This document shows, one piece after another, positions 1 to 9,066 of a DNA stretch of 24,980 bases. The position numbers and the translations under genes were made by a program. The first letter of the stretch is position 1. Every line of letters starts with the position of its first letter. The notes under the pieces were generated by a model. It did no database searches, was not told the origin of the DNA, and saw only the letters and a program-made list of their open reading frames with translations. Source of the DNA: Alphaproteobacteria bacterium (lineage in GTDB: Bacteria > Pseudomonadota > Alphaproteobacteria > GCA-2731375). The stretch lies in contig JASLMH010000067.1 in assembly GCA_030746635.1 (NCBI GenBank), positions 1 through 24,980 on the forward strand, read 5' to 3'.

Positions 1-714
1 ACCGCCGCCGGCTATGGCTCCAGCCCGCATTTCCTCTATTCCGGCGTCGACCAGGACGGCCGGCCGTTCCAGTTGATGGAGATCCTCTACGGCGGCATTC
101 CCGGCCGTCCGGTCGGCGACGGCATGGACGGCCATTCCTGGTGGCCGCTGTTCGAGAACATTCCGACCGAATACCTGGAAAGCTACTACCCGATGGTGAT
201 CGAGAATTACGCCTCGATCGCCGATACCGGCGGCGCCGGCCAGCATCGCGGCGGCAACGGGGTGGAGAAGGTGTATCTGCTGCTGGAGGAAGGCGATGTC
301 TCGATCCACGACGACCGCCACGCCTCGCAGCCCTGGGGCATCCTCGGCGGCAAGCCCGGTGCCTGCTCCGAGAAATGGCTGATCCGCAAGGATGGTGAGA
401 GGCAACCGCTGCCTTCGAAAATCGACAACGTCCGGGTGCGGCCGGGCGATCGGGTGGTCTTCCGCACCGCCGGCGGCGGCGGCTGGGGCGACCCGTTGCA
501 ACGGGACCCGATGCGGGTGCGCAACGACGTGGCGCGCCGGCTGATCAGCGCCGATCTGGCACGCAGCGACTACGGCGTCGTCCTGCACGGCAGGGAGCAG
601 GCCGTCGACCTGCGCGCCACCCAGGATTTGCGCGACGGCATGGGGCGGAACCGCAAACAATCGCCGCTGTTTGATTTCGGCGAACGGCCGGCCGGTGCCG
701 GTGCTAAGCTGTAG
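1..714 (+). CDS. hyuB: Hydantoinase B / 5-oxoprolinase (HyuB family), C-terminal part. The gene starts upstream of the window; the frame is open from nt 1.
   Basis: Frame 1 is open from position 1 (…GYGSSPHFLYSGVDQDGRPFQLMEILYGGIPGRPVGDGMDGHSWWPLFENIPTEYLESYYP…GGNGVEK…). These are HyuB/oxoprolinase C-terminal motifs. Stop TAG at 712-714. Confidence 0.8.
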   Translation, partial: TAAGYGSSPHFLYSGVDQDGRPFQLMEILYGGIPGRPVGDGMDGHSWWPLFENIPTEYLESYYPMVIENYASIADTGGAGQHRGGNGVEKVYLLLEEGDVSIHDDRHASQPWGILGGKPGACSEKWLIRKDGERQPLPSKIDNVRVRPGDRVVFRTAGGGGWGDPLQRDPMRVRNDVARRLISADLARSDYGVVLHGREQAVDLRATQDLRDGMGRNRKQSPLFDFGERPAGAGAKL

Positions 715-732
715 ACTGGGTCCGACAGGGAG

Positions 733-748
733 CATTGCCCGGGCAATG
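733..748. promoter_or_regulatory. Perfect 16-bp palindrome CATTGCCCGGGCAATG in the hyuB-flotillin intergenic region. Candidate operator site.
   Basis: Read directly from the sequence, about 47 bp upstream of the flotillin ATG. It has no loop, so it is unlikely to be a terminator. Confidence 0.25.
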
Positions 749-794
749 AACGGGACCCGCAGGGAACGAACACGACAACAAGGGTGCTTGCACG

Positions 795-3611
795 ATGTTT
801 GAAGCTGGAATTGCGCTGCTGATCACGATCATTATCGTCATCGCGATCCTCTACATCATCTCGATCTGGATCTACAAAAGGGCGCCGGCCAACATGTGCT
901 TCATCCGCACCGGCTTCCTGGGCACCAAGGTCTGCCTGGGTCAGGGGGCGCTGGTGCTGCCGGTGTTCCACGAAGTGACCTGGGTGTCGCTGGAGATCCT
1001 GAAACTGATCATCAGCCGGGCTCGGGAACAGGCGATCCTGACCTCGGACAACATCCGCGTCGACGTAGTGGCGGAACTCTATACCCATGTCGGTCATGCC
1101 GAGGACGACGTGCTGACCGCCTCCCGCAGCCTGGGCGAGAAGACCTTCGATTCCGACAAGGTGCGCAATCTGCTGGAAGCCAAGGTGGTCAGTGCCCTGC
1201 GCAGCTATGCCGCGACCAAGACCCTGAAGGAACTGCACGAGAACCGGGACGCCTTCGCCCGCGACATCAAGGCCAACGTGATCGAAAGCTTCTCCGCCAA
1301 CGGCCTGATGCTGGAGGAAGTCACCATCGTCACCATGGAACAGACGGCGAAGGAGTACTTCCGCACCGACAACGTGTTCGACGCCGAGGGCCTGAAGGTG
1401 ATCACCGAGATCACCTCGGATGCCCGGCGCAAGGTGCACGACACCGAGAAGCGCACCACCGTCTCGATCCGCCAGAAGGAACTGGACACGCAACTGGAAC
1501 TGCTGGAAATCGAGCGTCACGAGGCCGTCGCCCGAGCCAACCAGGACAAGGAAGTGGCCAACGAGCAGGCCAACCAGTTGGGTCAGAAGCAGATCTACGT
1601 CCTCGACCAGCGGATGAGCGTGGAAGAAAAGGAAATCGAGAACGATCAGGCGCTTGAACGCATGCGCACCGAGCGTGATCTGGCCGTCACCGAGGAAGCC
1701 AAGCGCCGGGAAACCGCCGAGATCCAGAAGGAGCTGGCCCTGGAGCAGGAACGGCGGGACCGCGAGATCGAACTGATCGCCAAGGCCCGGCAGGAGGAAC
1801 TGGCCAACATCGAACGCAACCTGAGCCTGGAGAAGGCCGAAAAGGACCGGCAGATCGAGCTGGTCGCCAAGGCCAAGGAGGCGGAACTGGCGGAAATCTC
1901 GCGCGCCCTGGCCCGTGAACAAGCGGAGAAGGAGCGCGAAATCGAACTGTCGGCCAAGGAACGCGAGCGCCAGCAGGCCGAGATTACCCGCATCACCGCC
2001 GTCATGTCGGACGAGGAACAGGCCCGTGACGAGCGCCATCAGGCGGCCGAGGATGCCGCCCTGGCGGTGCGCCGGCGCAGCCTGGAAACCCGCCTGGCGA
2101 TGCTGGATTTGGACAAGGAAGAGGCCTTCGCCGCCACCCAGCAGGAACAGGAGGTGGCCAACGAGAAGGCCCGGGTGCTGGCCGAACAGCAGCGCTTTAT
2201 CCTGGATCGGCGTTGGGAGGTCGAGGAGGAGGAGATCAACAAGGCGGCGGCGCTGGAGAAGGCGCAGATCCAAAAGGACGCCGCGGTGATCGAGGAAAGC
2301 AAGTCCCGCGAGGCGGCCGAGATCCAACGGGCCCTGGCCCGCGAACAGGAGGAACGCGACCGCGATATTGCCCTGGTGGCCAAGGCCGAGGAGTTGGAGC
2401 GGGCGGAAATCAAACGCGGACTGGCCCGCGAGCAGGAGGAACGGGACCGTCAGATCGCCCTGGTGGTGAAGGACTCCGAATTGCGCCAGACCGAGGTGCA
2501 AAAGGACCTGGCCGTGGAGCTGGAACAGCGCGAGCGCGATATCGCCCTGATCGAAAAGGAGAAGCAACGCGAGGCGGCCGACATCCAGCGCTTCCTGGCC
2601 CGCGAACAGGAAGAGCGGGACCGCGAGATCGCCATGGTCGAGAAGACCCGCGAGTTGGAAGAGGCCGAGGTGCGCCGGCTGGCGACCACGGTGGAAAAGG
2701 AAGGCGCCGAGCACCGGGTGGAATCGGTGCGGCTGGTGGCCGACGCCGAGCGGCAGAAGGAGATCGACCGCATCGACGCCGAGAAGCTGGCCGAAAGTCG
2801 CCGCATCGACGAGGAGAACAAGGCGGCGATCACCCGCATGCACATGGTCACCCAATCGGAGGCCCGCAAGCAGGCGGCGGAGCAGGAACACGACGCCACC
2901 CTGATCCGGGCCAAGGCGACCTCCGAGGCGCAGAAGATCACCGCCGACGGCATCGAACGCGAGGCCGGCGCCCAGGGCCGGGCCGAGGCCGAGGTCGAGG
3001 CACTGCGGGCGGAGAACGCCCAGCGCATGCTGGAGGCCGAGGCCGGCGGCCTGGAGGCCAAGGCCGACGCCCTGAAAAAATACAACGAGGCGGCGACCTT
3101 CCTGGAACTGGCGAAATTGTCGATCGAGGCCGACCGCGACGTCCATATCGACCAGGCCAAGGCCATGGGCAGCGCCCTGGAAGGCGCGCAGATCCGCATG
3201 TACGGCGGCGGCGACGGCACCGTGGAGACCATCCGCGGCCTGTTCACCCAGGGCTTCGGCGTCGGCGAGGTGCTGGAAGGTTTCGCCCAGTCGATGCCCG
3301 AGGGCCTGCGCCAGCGCTTCACCGCCAACGGCCTGCGCGGCCTGTTCGGCCGGCCCTACAGCGCCGGCAATCTGAGGGAATCGGTGGAGCACCTGGCGAC
3401 CCTGGTCGAACGCGGCCTGAAGTCCAAGAAGGCGCGGGAAGCACCGTTCCCCGAGGCGGCCGCGAAGCTGCTGGAAGCCGCCGGCGACGACGAGACCATG
3501 ACCCGGGCCGTGGCCATGTTGCAGGAACTGAACCGTCAGGGCGTGTTCGACGAGGTGCCGTTCGACAGCGTCTGGAACATCATGCAGGCGGCGGCGAAAC
3601 TTGCAGATTGA
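795..3611 (+). CDS. Flotillin-like SPFH/band-7 protein (YqiK-like), 938 aa. Unusually long because of an expanded coiled-coil repeat region.
   Basis: N-terminal TM helix (IALLITIIIVIAILYIISIWIY) followed by SPFH-domain motifs (CFIRTGFLGTKV…LPVFHEV…LEILKL…DNIRVDVVAELY). Long E/R/A-rich coiled coil, then a flotillin C-terminal region (…KKYNEAATFLELAKL…). RBS-like AAGGG about 9 nt upstream. Stop TGA at 3609-3611. Confidence 0.85.
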   Translation: MFEAGIALLITIIIVIAILYIISIWIYKRAPANMCFIRTGFLGTKVCLGQGALVLPVFHEVTWVSLEILKLIISRAREQAILTSDNIRVDVVAELYTHVGHAEDDVLTASRSLGEKTFDSDKVRNLLEAKVVSALRSYAATKTLKELHENRDAFARDIKANVIESFSANGLMLEEVTIVTMEQTAKEYFRTDNVFDAEGLKVITEITSDARRKVHDTEKRTTVSIRQKELDTQLELLEIERHEAVARANQDKEVANEQANQLGQKQIYVLDQRMSVEEKEIENDQALERMRTERDLAVTEEAKRRETAEIQKELALEQERRDREIELIAKARQEELANIERNLSLEKAEKDRQIELVAKAKEAELAEISRALAREQAEKEREIELSAKERERQQAEITRITAVMSDEEQARDERHQAAEDAALAVRRRSLETRLAMLDLDKEEAFAATQQEQEVANEKARVLAEQQRFILDRRWEVEEEEINKAAALEKAQIQKDAAVIEESKSREAAEIQRALAREQEERDRDIALVAKAEELERAEIKRGLAREQEERDRQIALVVKDSELRQTEVQKDLAVELEQRERDIALIEKEKQREAADIQRFLAREQEERDREIAMVEKTRELEEAEVRRLATTVEKEGAEHRVESVRLVADAERQKEIDRIDAEKLAESRRIDEENKAAITRMHMVTQSEARKQAAEQEHDATLIRAKATSEAQKITADGIEREAGAQGRAEAEVEALRAENAQRMLEAEAGGLEAKADALKKYNEAATFLELAKLSIEADRDVHIDQAKAMGSALEGAQIRMYGGGDGTVETIRGLFTQGFGVGEVLEGFAQSMPEGLRQRFTANGLRGLFGRPYSAGNLRESVEHLATLVERGLKSKKAREAPFPEAAAKLLEAAGDDETMTRAVAMLQELNRQGVFDEVPFDSVWNIMQAAAKLAD
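1629..2003 (+). repeat. In-frame tandem repeats, period 87 bp (29 aa), about 4 copies, first block. Consensus AEIxRxLAREQEERDREIALVAKAxELEx.
   Basis: Protein residues about 279-403 contain AEIQKELALEQERRDREIELIAKARQEEL / ANIERNLSLEKAEKDRQIELVAKAKEAEL / AEISRALAREQAEKEREIELSAKERERQQ. Confidence 0.7.
2316..2714 (+). repeat. In-frame tandem repeats, period 87 bp (29 aa), about 4.5 copies, second block. This block is part of a roughly 600-bp internal segmental duplication of the first block.
   Basis: Residues about 508-640 contain AEIQRALAREQEERDRDIALVAKAEELER / AEIKRGLAREQEERDRQIALVVKDSELRQ / TEVQKDLAVELEQRERDIALIEKEKQREA / ADIQRFLAREQEERDREIAMVEKTRELEE. The flanking residues 440-507 (QEVANEKARVLAEQQRFILDRRWEVEEEEI) parallel residues 250-281 (KEVANEQANQLGQKQIYVLDQRMSVEEKEI). 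Confidence 0.7.
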
Positions 3612-3619
3612 TGCCGATG

Positions 3620-3715
3620 AATAATTTCGGGGACAGGATATTTAATTACGGCGATGGCTCAGAGTGGATGGTCTCGGTGATCGGCGTAATTAAGTATCCT
3701 GTCCCCGAAATTATC
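3620..3715. repeat. 96-bp hairpin element. 31-bp inverted-repeat arms (2 mismatches) flank a 34-nt loop. The element is AT-rich relative to the genome and looks MITE/REP-like.
   Basis: Arm 1 (3620-3650) is AATAATTTCGGGGACAGGATATTTAATTACG. Arm 2 (3685-3715) is CGTAATTAAGTATCCTGTCCCCGAAATTATC. It lies between the flotillin stop (3611) and the ABC ATPase start (3733). Confidence 0.6.
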
Positions 3716-3732
3716 TAGGCGCCGACCCCAAG

Positions 3733-4848
3733 ATGGCCGATCTCGACGTCGTATTGGAGCATGTCGACAAGACCTTCGCCGGCGAAACCCGGGCGGTGAT
3801 CGATTTCACCGCCGAGTTCGAGCGTGGCGAATTCGTCGCCATGCTGGGACCGTCGGGCTGCGGCAAGACCACCACGCTGCGGATGATCGGCGGCCTGGAG
3901 GAGGTCACGGCCGGCCGCATCTATATCGCCGGCCAGGATGTCACCGACCTGCCGCCCTCGCACCGCGATACCTCGATGATGTTCCAGAGCTTCGCCCTGT
4001 TTCCTCACCGCACGGTGTTCCAGAACGTCGAATTCAGCCTGAAGATGCAGGGCCTGGATCGCGACGCGCGCCATCGCCGGGTCTGGGAAATGGTCGAGAT
4101 GGTCGGCCTGTCGGAACTGGCCAGCCGCCGCCCCTCGGACCTCTCGGGCGGTCAGCAACAGCGCGTCGCCCTGGCCCGGGCCCTGATCAGCCGGCCGACG
4201 GTGCTGCTCCTCGACGAACCGCTGGGCTCCCTGGACTACAACCTGCGTCAGACCATGATGGTGGAGTTGAAGAAGATCCAGCAGGAGACCGGCATCACCT
4301 TCATCATGGTCACCCATTCCCAGCAGGAGGCCATGTCCATGGCCGACAAGGTCATCGTGATGAGCGACGCGATGATCCAGCAGATCGGCACCTCGCGCGA
4401 AATCCACGAGAATCCCCGCAACCGCTTCGTCGCCGACTTCATCGGCAACAACAACCTGTTCCGCGGCACCATCCGGTCGCGCAGCGGCTCGGTGGTGTTC
4501 GTCGAATCCGATACCCAGCTCTATTATGTGAAAATCCCGGAACATATCCGCCAGGTCAGACCCGGTAGCGAGGCGTATTTTTCCGTGCGCGCGGATCTGA
4601 TGCACACCGGCGAGCAGCCGAACATGGCCAACAAGGTGATGGGCAGCTACATCGCCACCGAGTTCATGGGCACCCTGGAGACCGACGTTTTCGAGATCGA
4701 GCCCGGACATTTCGTGCATGTCGAGCAGCACCGGCACCTCTCGGACCGGGTCTACCAGGTGGGCGAGAGAGAAACCGTCTGCTGGGCCGCCGACAGCGGC
4801 GTGCTGCTGGAGGCGACCCGCCGGCCCGAGGACCTGGAGGTGGCCTGA
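3733..4848 (+). CDS. ABC transporter ATP-binding protein, PotA/PotG type (polyamine/opine-family importer ATPase), with a C-terminal TOBE-like domain.
   Basis: Walker A GPSGCGKTT, Q-loop, ABC signature LSGGQQQRVALARAL, Walker B LLLDEPLGSLD, H-loop VTHSQ. Confidence 0.9.
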   Translation: MADLDVVLEHVDKTFAGETRAVIDFTAEFERGEFVAMLGPSGCGKTTTLRMIGGLEEVTAGRIYIAGQDVTDLPPSHRDTSMMFQSFALFPHRTVFQNVEFSLKMQGLDRDARHRRVWEMVEMVGLSELASRRPSDLSGGQQQRVALARALISRPTVLLLDEPLGSLDYNLRQTMMVELKKIQQETGITFIMVTHSQQEAMSMADKVIVMSDAMIQQIGTSREIHENPRNRFVADFIGNNNLFRGTIRSRSGSVVFVESDTQLYYVKIPEHIRQVRPGSEAYFSVRADLMHTGEQPNMANKVMGSYIATEFMGTLETDVFEIEPGHFVHVEQHRHLSDRVYQVGERETVCWAADSGVLLEATRRPEDLEVA

Positions 4849-4860
4849 CGGCGGCAGCAA

Positions 4861-6141
4861 ATGGATCGTAGCGCGGATATCGTGATCATCGGCGCCGGTA
4901 TCGCCGGCGCCGCCAGTGCCTATTACCTGGCCAAGGGCGGCGCCAAGGTGGTGGTCTGCGAAAAGGGCGAGGTCGCCGGCGAGCAATCCAGCCGCAATTG
5001 GGGCTTCGTCCGCCAACAGGGCCGCGACCCGGCGGAAATCCCCCTGATGATGGCGTGCAACAGGATCTGGCGCGAGCTGGAGCGGGAGTTGAACGCCGAT
5101 CTGGAATGGCTGGCCAACGGCAACGTCGTCACCTTCGCCGACGAGGCGGAACGGGCCGCCTGGGAAGGCTGGCGCGACACCGCCAGGGACTTCGGCCTGC
5201 ATGCCGAATTGCTGGACCGGAGCGGACTGGATCGGCTCATCCCCGGTCATGCTTTCGACTGCCTGGGCGGCATCCACACCGAAAGCGACGGCCAGGCGGA
5301 ACCGACCAAGGTGACGGCCGCCTTTCGCCGCGCCGCCGAGGGCCGGGGGGCGGAATTCCTCACCCACTGCGCCGCCTACGAAGTCGAAACCGAGGCCGGC
5401 GCAGTGGCCGGCGTGCTGACCGAGCGGGGCGGCATCCGGGCCCCGGTGGTGGTCTGCGCCGCCGGCGCCTGGTCGGGCCGGCTGTTGCGCACCCTGGGCC
5501 TGAAACTGCCGCAGATCTGGCTGAAGGGATCGGTGGCACGCACCACCGCGGCGCCGATCATCTCCCACACCGCGACCTGGACAGGGGTCGCCTTCCGCCA
5601 GCGCCGCGACGGCACCATGAACCTCGCCACCCGCTCCACCGACCACGACCTGACCATCGACAGCCTGCTCAATCTGCCGGCCTTCACGGGCGGCTATCTA
5701 CGGAACCGCCGGGGCGTCCACTTGCACCTGAACCGGCTGTTCCTGGATCTGTTCGCCGGCCGCTTTTCGAAGGCGGCGCTGCGCCGCGAGCTGACCCGTC
5801 ACCGCATTCTGGATCCGGAACCGAACCACCGCATGCTGGCCCAGACCCTGACCGAACTGCGCCGCATCCTGCCGCCGGCCGCCGAGGTGGAGATCGACCG
5901 CAGCTGGGCCGGCTATGTGGATCTAACGCCGGACATGCTGCCGACCATAGACCGCCTGGAGCAGCCGGCCGGCCTGGTGCTGGCCACCGGTTTCAGCGGC
6001 CACGGCTTCGGCATGGGCCCGATCGTCGGCAAGCTGGTCTCGGAGCTGATCCTGGACGGCGAGCCGTCCCTGGATCTTTCGGCCTTCCGCTTCTCACGCT
6101 TCAACGACGGCAGCAAACTGACGCCCCATAGCGTGATCTGA
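4861..6141 (+). CDS. FAD-dependent oxidoreductase of the DAO/DadA family (amine or amino-acid oxidase/dehydrogenase type).
   Basis: N-terminal dinucleotide-binding motif DIVIIGAGIAGAASAYYLA. C-terminal GFSGHGFGMGP motif. 12 nt downstream of the ATPase gene. Confidence 0.85.
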   Translation: MDRSADIVIIGAGIAGAASAYYLAKGGAKVVVCEKGEVAGEQSSRNWGFVRQQGRDPAEIPLMMACNRIWRELERELNADLEWLANGNVVTFADEAERAAWEGWRDTARDFGLHAELLDRSGLDRLIPGHAFDCLGGIHTESDGQAEPTKVTAAFRRAAEGRGAEFLTHCAAYEVETEAGAVAGVLTERGGIRAPVVVCAAGAWSGRLLRTLGLKLPQIWLKGSVARTTAAPIISHTATWTGVAFRQRRDGTMNLATRSTDHDLTIDSLLNLPAFTGGYLRNRRGVHLHLNRLFLDLFAGRFSKAALRRELTRHRILDPEPNHRMLAQTLTELRRILPPAAEVEIDRSWAGYVDLTPDMLPTIDRLEQPAGLVLATGFSGHGFGMGPIVGKLVSELILDGEPSLDLSAFRFSRFNDGSKLTPHSVI

Positions 6142-6156
6142 CCGGGAAGAACCGAC

Positions 6157-6978
6157 ATGGCAGACCTGAACACCGTCCTGATCACCGGCGCGGCGGGCGG
6201 TATCGGTGGGCGTCTGCGCAAACTGCTCAAGGGGGCCTATCCGCGCCTGTTGCTGAGTGACCGCGAGAGGCCCGCCGATCTGGCGGATGACGAAGAATTC
6301 ATCGCCGCCGAGCTATCGGATATGACCCAGGTCGAGGCGCTGCTGCGGGGCGTCGACGGCGTCATACATCTGGGCGGCCGCGCCTTCGAGGACGAATGGG
6401 CGGTGATCCACCAGGCCAACATCGTCGGCTGCCACAATCTGTTCGAGGCGGCGCGCCTGAACGGCACGGCAAGGGTGGTCTTCGCCTCCTCGAACCACGC
6501 GATCGGCTTCTATCCCCGTCACCGCCGGATCGGCGTCGACCACAAGGTCCGCCCCGACAGCCGCTATGGCGTCTCGAAGGCCTTTGGCGAGGCCCTGGGC
6601 GCCTTCTATGCCGAGAAATACGGCCTCGGCGTGCTGGCCATCCGCATTGGCAACGTCGACGACCATCCGGTCGACCTGCGCCGCCTGTCGATCTGGATCA
6701 GCCCGCGCGATCTGGTGCAACTGATCCGCATCGGCCTGGAACATCCCGATCTGCGCTACGAGGTGGTCTGGGGTGTTTCCGACAACGCCCGCGGCTGGTG
6801 GGACAACGAACCGGCCTATCGCCTGGGCTATCGCCCGGCCGACCGGGCCGAGGACCATCGCGAACGCGCCCTGGCCGCCGAGGCCGAGCGGCAACCGGAC
6901 CCGGTGGGCGACCATTTCCAGGGCGGCGATGCCTGCAGCCTCGAATTCGCCGGGCCGCCGCCCGGCGACGGCGACTGA
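6157..6978 (+). CDS. udh: Uronate dehydrogenase-like NAD-dependent epimerase/dehydratase (short-chain dehydrogenase fold).
   Basis: The motifs TGAAGGIG, VIHLGG, RVVFASSNHAIGFYP, RPDSRYGVSKAFGEALG (YxxxK), VVWGVSDNARGWWDN and FQGG match those of characterised Udh enzymes, as I recall them. 15 nt after the preceding gene. Confidence 0.75.
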   Translation: MADLNTVLITGAAGGIGGRLRKLLKGAYPRLLLSDRERPADLADDEEFIAAELSDMTQVEALLRGVDGVIHLGGRAFEDEWAVIHQANIVGCHNLFEAARLNGTARVVFASSNHAIGFYPRHRRIGVDHKVRPDSRYGVSKAFGEALGAFYAEKYGLGVLAIRIGNVDDHPVDLRRLSIWISPRDLVQLIRIGLEHPDLRYEVVWGVSDNARGWWDNEPAYRLGYRPADRAEDHRERALAAEAERQPDPVGDHFQGGDACSLEFAGPPPGDGD

Positions 6979-7018
6979 TCCCACGAATCAACGGGCCTAT
7001 CTCGCGCCATCCACCCTT

Positions 7019-7121
7019 CGAGACGCGCCTACGGCGCTCCTCAGGGTGAGGACGAGCAAGGATTTTCGGACCCCTCTCATACTGAGGAGGGCGCGCAACG
7101 CCCGTCTCGAAGCATGTTTTT
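7019..7121 (+). terminator. Putative intrinsic terminator. A long imperfect stem-loop followed by a TTTTT tract, between the convergent udh and permease genes.
   Basis: CGAGACGCGCC…TCCTCAG pairs with CTGAGGAGGGCGCGC…CCCGTCTCG, followed by GCATGTTTTTGG at about 7113-7123. Confidence 0.3.
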
Positions 7122-7156
7122 GGCTCGATCTTCCGACGGATCGTAGGCGCACCCAA

Positions 7157-7984
7157 CTACCGCGAGCGGCGGTAGAGGACTGTGTAGATGGCCAGGAACA
7201 GGCCGATCATCGCCAGGGAAAACACCGTCGAGGCGGTGCCCAGCGCGAACAGGGTCGGGCGGATGCGCTGGGTCATCGAGGCGTTGATGTCCAAGGGCAG
7301 GGTGTTCTCGGCCCCGGCCAGCAGGGTGGTACGGGCGAACTCGTCGTAGGACAGGGTGAAGCCGAACAGCCCGGCGGCGACGATGCCCGGGGTGATCAGG
7401 GGCAGGGTGATCTCCTTGAACACCGTCCATTCATCGGCACCCATATCCCGGGCGGCCTCCTCCAGGCTGCTGTCGAAGCGGTTGAACACCGCCATCATCA
7501 CCAGGAAGCCGAACGGCAAGGTCCAGACCACGTGCACGCCGAGGGCCGACGACCACCAGGCGGCCGGGATACCCATTTGCCGCATCAGGGTGGCCAGACC
7601 CAGGCTGAGCAGGATGCCGGGCACCATCAGGCCGGCCATCACCGTGTAGAACAGCAGGCCCGAGCCGTAGAATTTCTTGCGGAAGGCCATCGCCAGCATG
7701 GTCGAGAACAGGGCGGTGATGACCATGACGATCAGCGCCAGCATCAACGACCGCATCATCGCCCCTTGCAGATCGCCCACCGTCGACGGTTCGATCAACT
7801 TGCCCCACCAGTACAACGAGGTGCCGCGCATGGGGAACGAGGTGCCACCCCGCCGGCCCTGAAACGACAGGATGAACATGGCGATCATCGGGCCGTAAAT
7901 GAACACCACGAAGATCATGTAGTAGACGCTGAAACCGGTCTTCACCCAGGCCTTGCGGCGGCGTTCCGGGGTCCAGCGGGCCAT
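7157..7984 (-). CDS. ABC transporter permease, PotC/PotI type.
   Basis: Multi-TM protein with a binding-protein-dependent transport inner-membrane signature. Starts 4 nt after the upstream permease stop. Confidence 0.85.
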   Translation of the reverse strand: MARWTPERRRKAWVKTGFSVYYMIFVVFIYGPMIAMFILSFQGRRGGTSFPMRGTSLYWWGKLIEPSTVGDLQGAMMRSLMLALIVMVITALFSTMLAMAFRKKFYGSGLLFYTVMAGLMVPGILLSLGLATLMRQMGIPAAWWSSALGVHVVWTLPFGFLVMMAVFNRFDSSLEEAARDMGADEWTVFKEITLPLITPGIVAAGLFGFTLSYDEFARTTLLAGAENTLPLDINASMTQRIRPTLFALGTASTVFSLAMIGLFLAIYTVLYRRSR

Positions 7985-7987
7985 CCC

Positions 7988-8968
7988 TCAAAGCTCCTTG
8001 CGGATGTCGACGATGCGCAGGATGACGACGACGCCGATCATCATCGACAGCATCAGCATCAAGGCGTTCACCGCCGCGAAGGGATAGTTGGCGATGGCGT
8101 AGTAGTTCAGGATCACCGTGCCGGTGGTCGAGGTCTTGCCGCCATAGACCACCACGGCGGTGGCGAATTCGCCCATCAGTATGACGAAGATGAAGATCAT
8201 GCCGATGGCCACGCCGGGCAGCGACAACGGGCCGATAATCTCGCGAAAGATCTGGAACGGCGTCGCCCCCATGTCGCGGGCCGCCTCCAGGATCGCCGGG
8301 TCGATCTTGGACAACGAAAAAAAGATCGGCCCGACGCACAGCACCACGTAGATCTGCACCAGCGCCATGGTATAGCCGAATTCGGAATAGAGCAGGAAGC
8401 TCACCGGCTTGTCGACTATGTCCAGGTTGATCAGCAGGCTGTTCAACAGGCCCCGCCGGCCCAGCATCGGCAGCCAGGCCACGGCGCGGATCAGATACGA
8501 GGTCCAGAACGGCACCATGCAGACCAGGAACAGCGCCATCTGCCACTTGAACGACTGCACCTGCATGGCCAGGAAATAGGCGATCGGGTAACCGACGATC
8601 AGGCACAACACCATGACCACGGCGGTGAAATAGAAAGTCGAGCCAAGGGTGCGGATGAACACGCTGAGGGTCAGGAAGTTGCGGTGTTCCTGATCGAAGA
8701 AGCCCTCGTTGTAGAAATAGCCAGCGTAATATTGCAGCGTCAGGTCAGGGACGAGCCCCCCCTTGGCCGAGGTCCAGAAACTGAAGACGATGATGCTGAT
8801 CAGCGGCAGTACCAGGAACACCAGCAGCCAAAGCGTCGCCGGCGCCACCAGCCAGCCCACCGGGAAGCCCACCTCGCGCCTGGTCTTGCGGGCCTCCGCC
8901 ACCTGCGACGGCCCGACCGGCTGGCCGCCGATCAATCCGCTGTGCTGGGCCTGGGCGAAATCCTGCAT
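7988..8968 (-). CDS. ABC transporter permease, PotB/PotH type.
   Basis: Six predicted TM helices. Lies between the binding-protein and PotC-like genes. The start could instead be an internal GTG, since the SD at the ATG is weak. Confidence 0.8.
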   Translation of the reverse strand: MQDFAQAQHSGLIGGQPVGPSQVAEARKTRREVGFPVGWLVAPATLWLLVFLVLPLISIIVFSFWTSAKGGLVPDLTLQYYAGYFYNEGFFDQEHRNFLTLSVFIRTLGSTFYFTAVVMVLCLIVGYPIAYFLAMQVQSFKWQMALFLVCMVPFWTSYLIRAVAWLPMLGRRGLLNSLLINLDIVDKPVSFLLYSEFGYTMALVQIYVVLCVGPIFFSLSKIDPAILEAARDMGATPFQIFREIIGPLSLPGVAIGMIFIFVILMGEFATAVVVYGGKTSTTGTVILNYYAIANYPFAAVNALMLMLSMMIGVVVILRIVDIRKEL

Positions 8969-9066
8969 GCCGGTCCGTGGCCAGATTCAGTTGGAGTGGG
9001 CCGGCACGGCAATCGCCGCCCGGCCCATCCAATCGTGGCCGTATCCGCTAGCGGACACGGCGGGTT

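Noticed and set aside
1629-2714. 87-bp periodic repeats, considered as a possible CRISPR array.
   Set aside because: They are in-frame coding repeats of a coiled-coil protein. They are imperfect and have no spacer/repeat alternation and no cas genes.
570-3392. 940-aa minus-strand ORF antisense to the flotillin gene. Similarly, 2213..3718 (+, 501 aa), 3715..5646 (-, 643 aa), 6773..9070 (+, 765 aa), 14797..16581 (+, 594 aa) and 21522..23132 (+, 536 aa).
   Set aside because: All lie opposite or out of frame to genes with clear family signatures. They have G/R/P/A/H-rich low-complexity composition typical of stop-poor frames in high-GC DNA. They have no RBS and no motifs.
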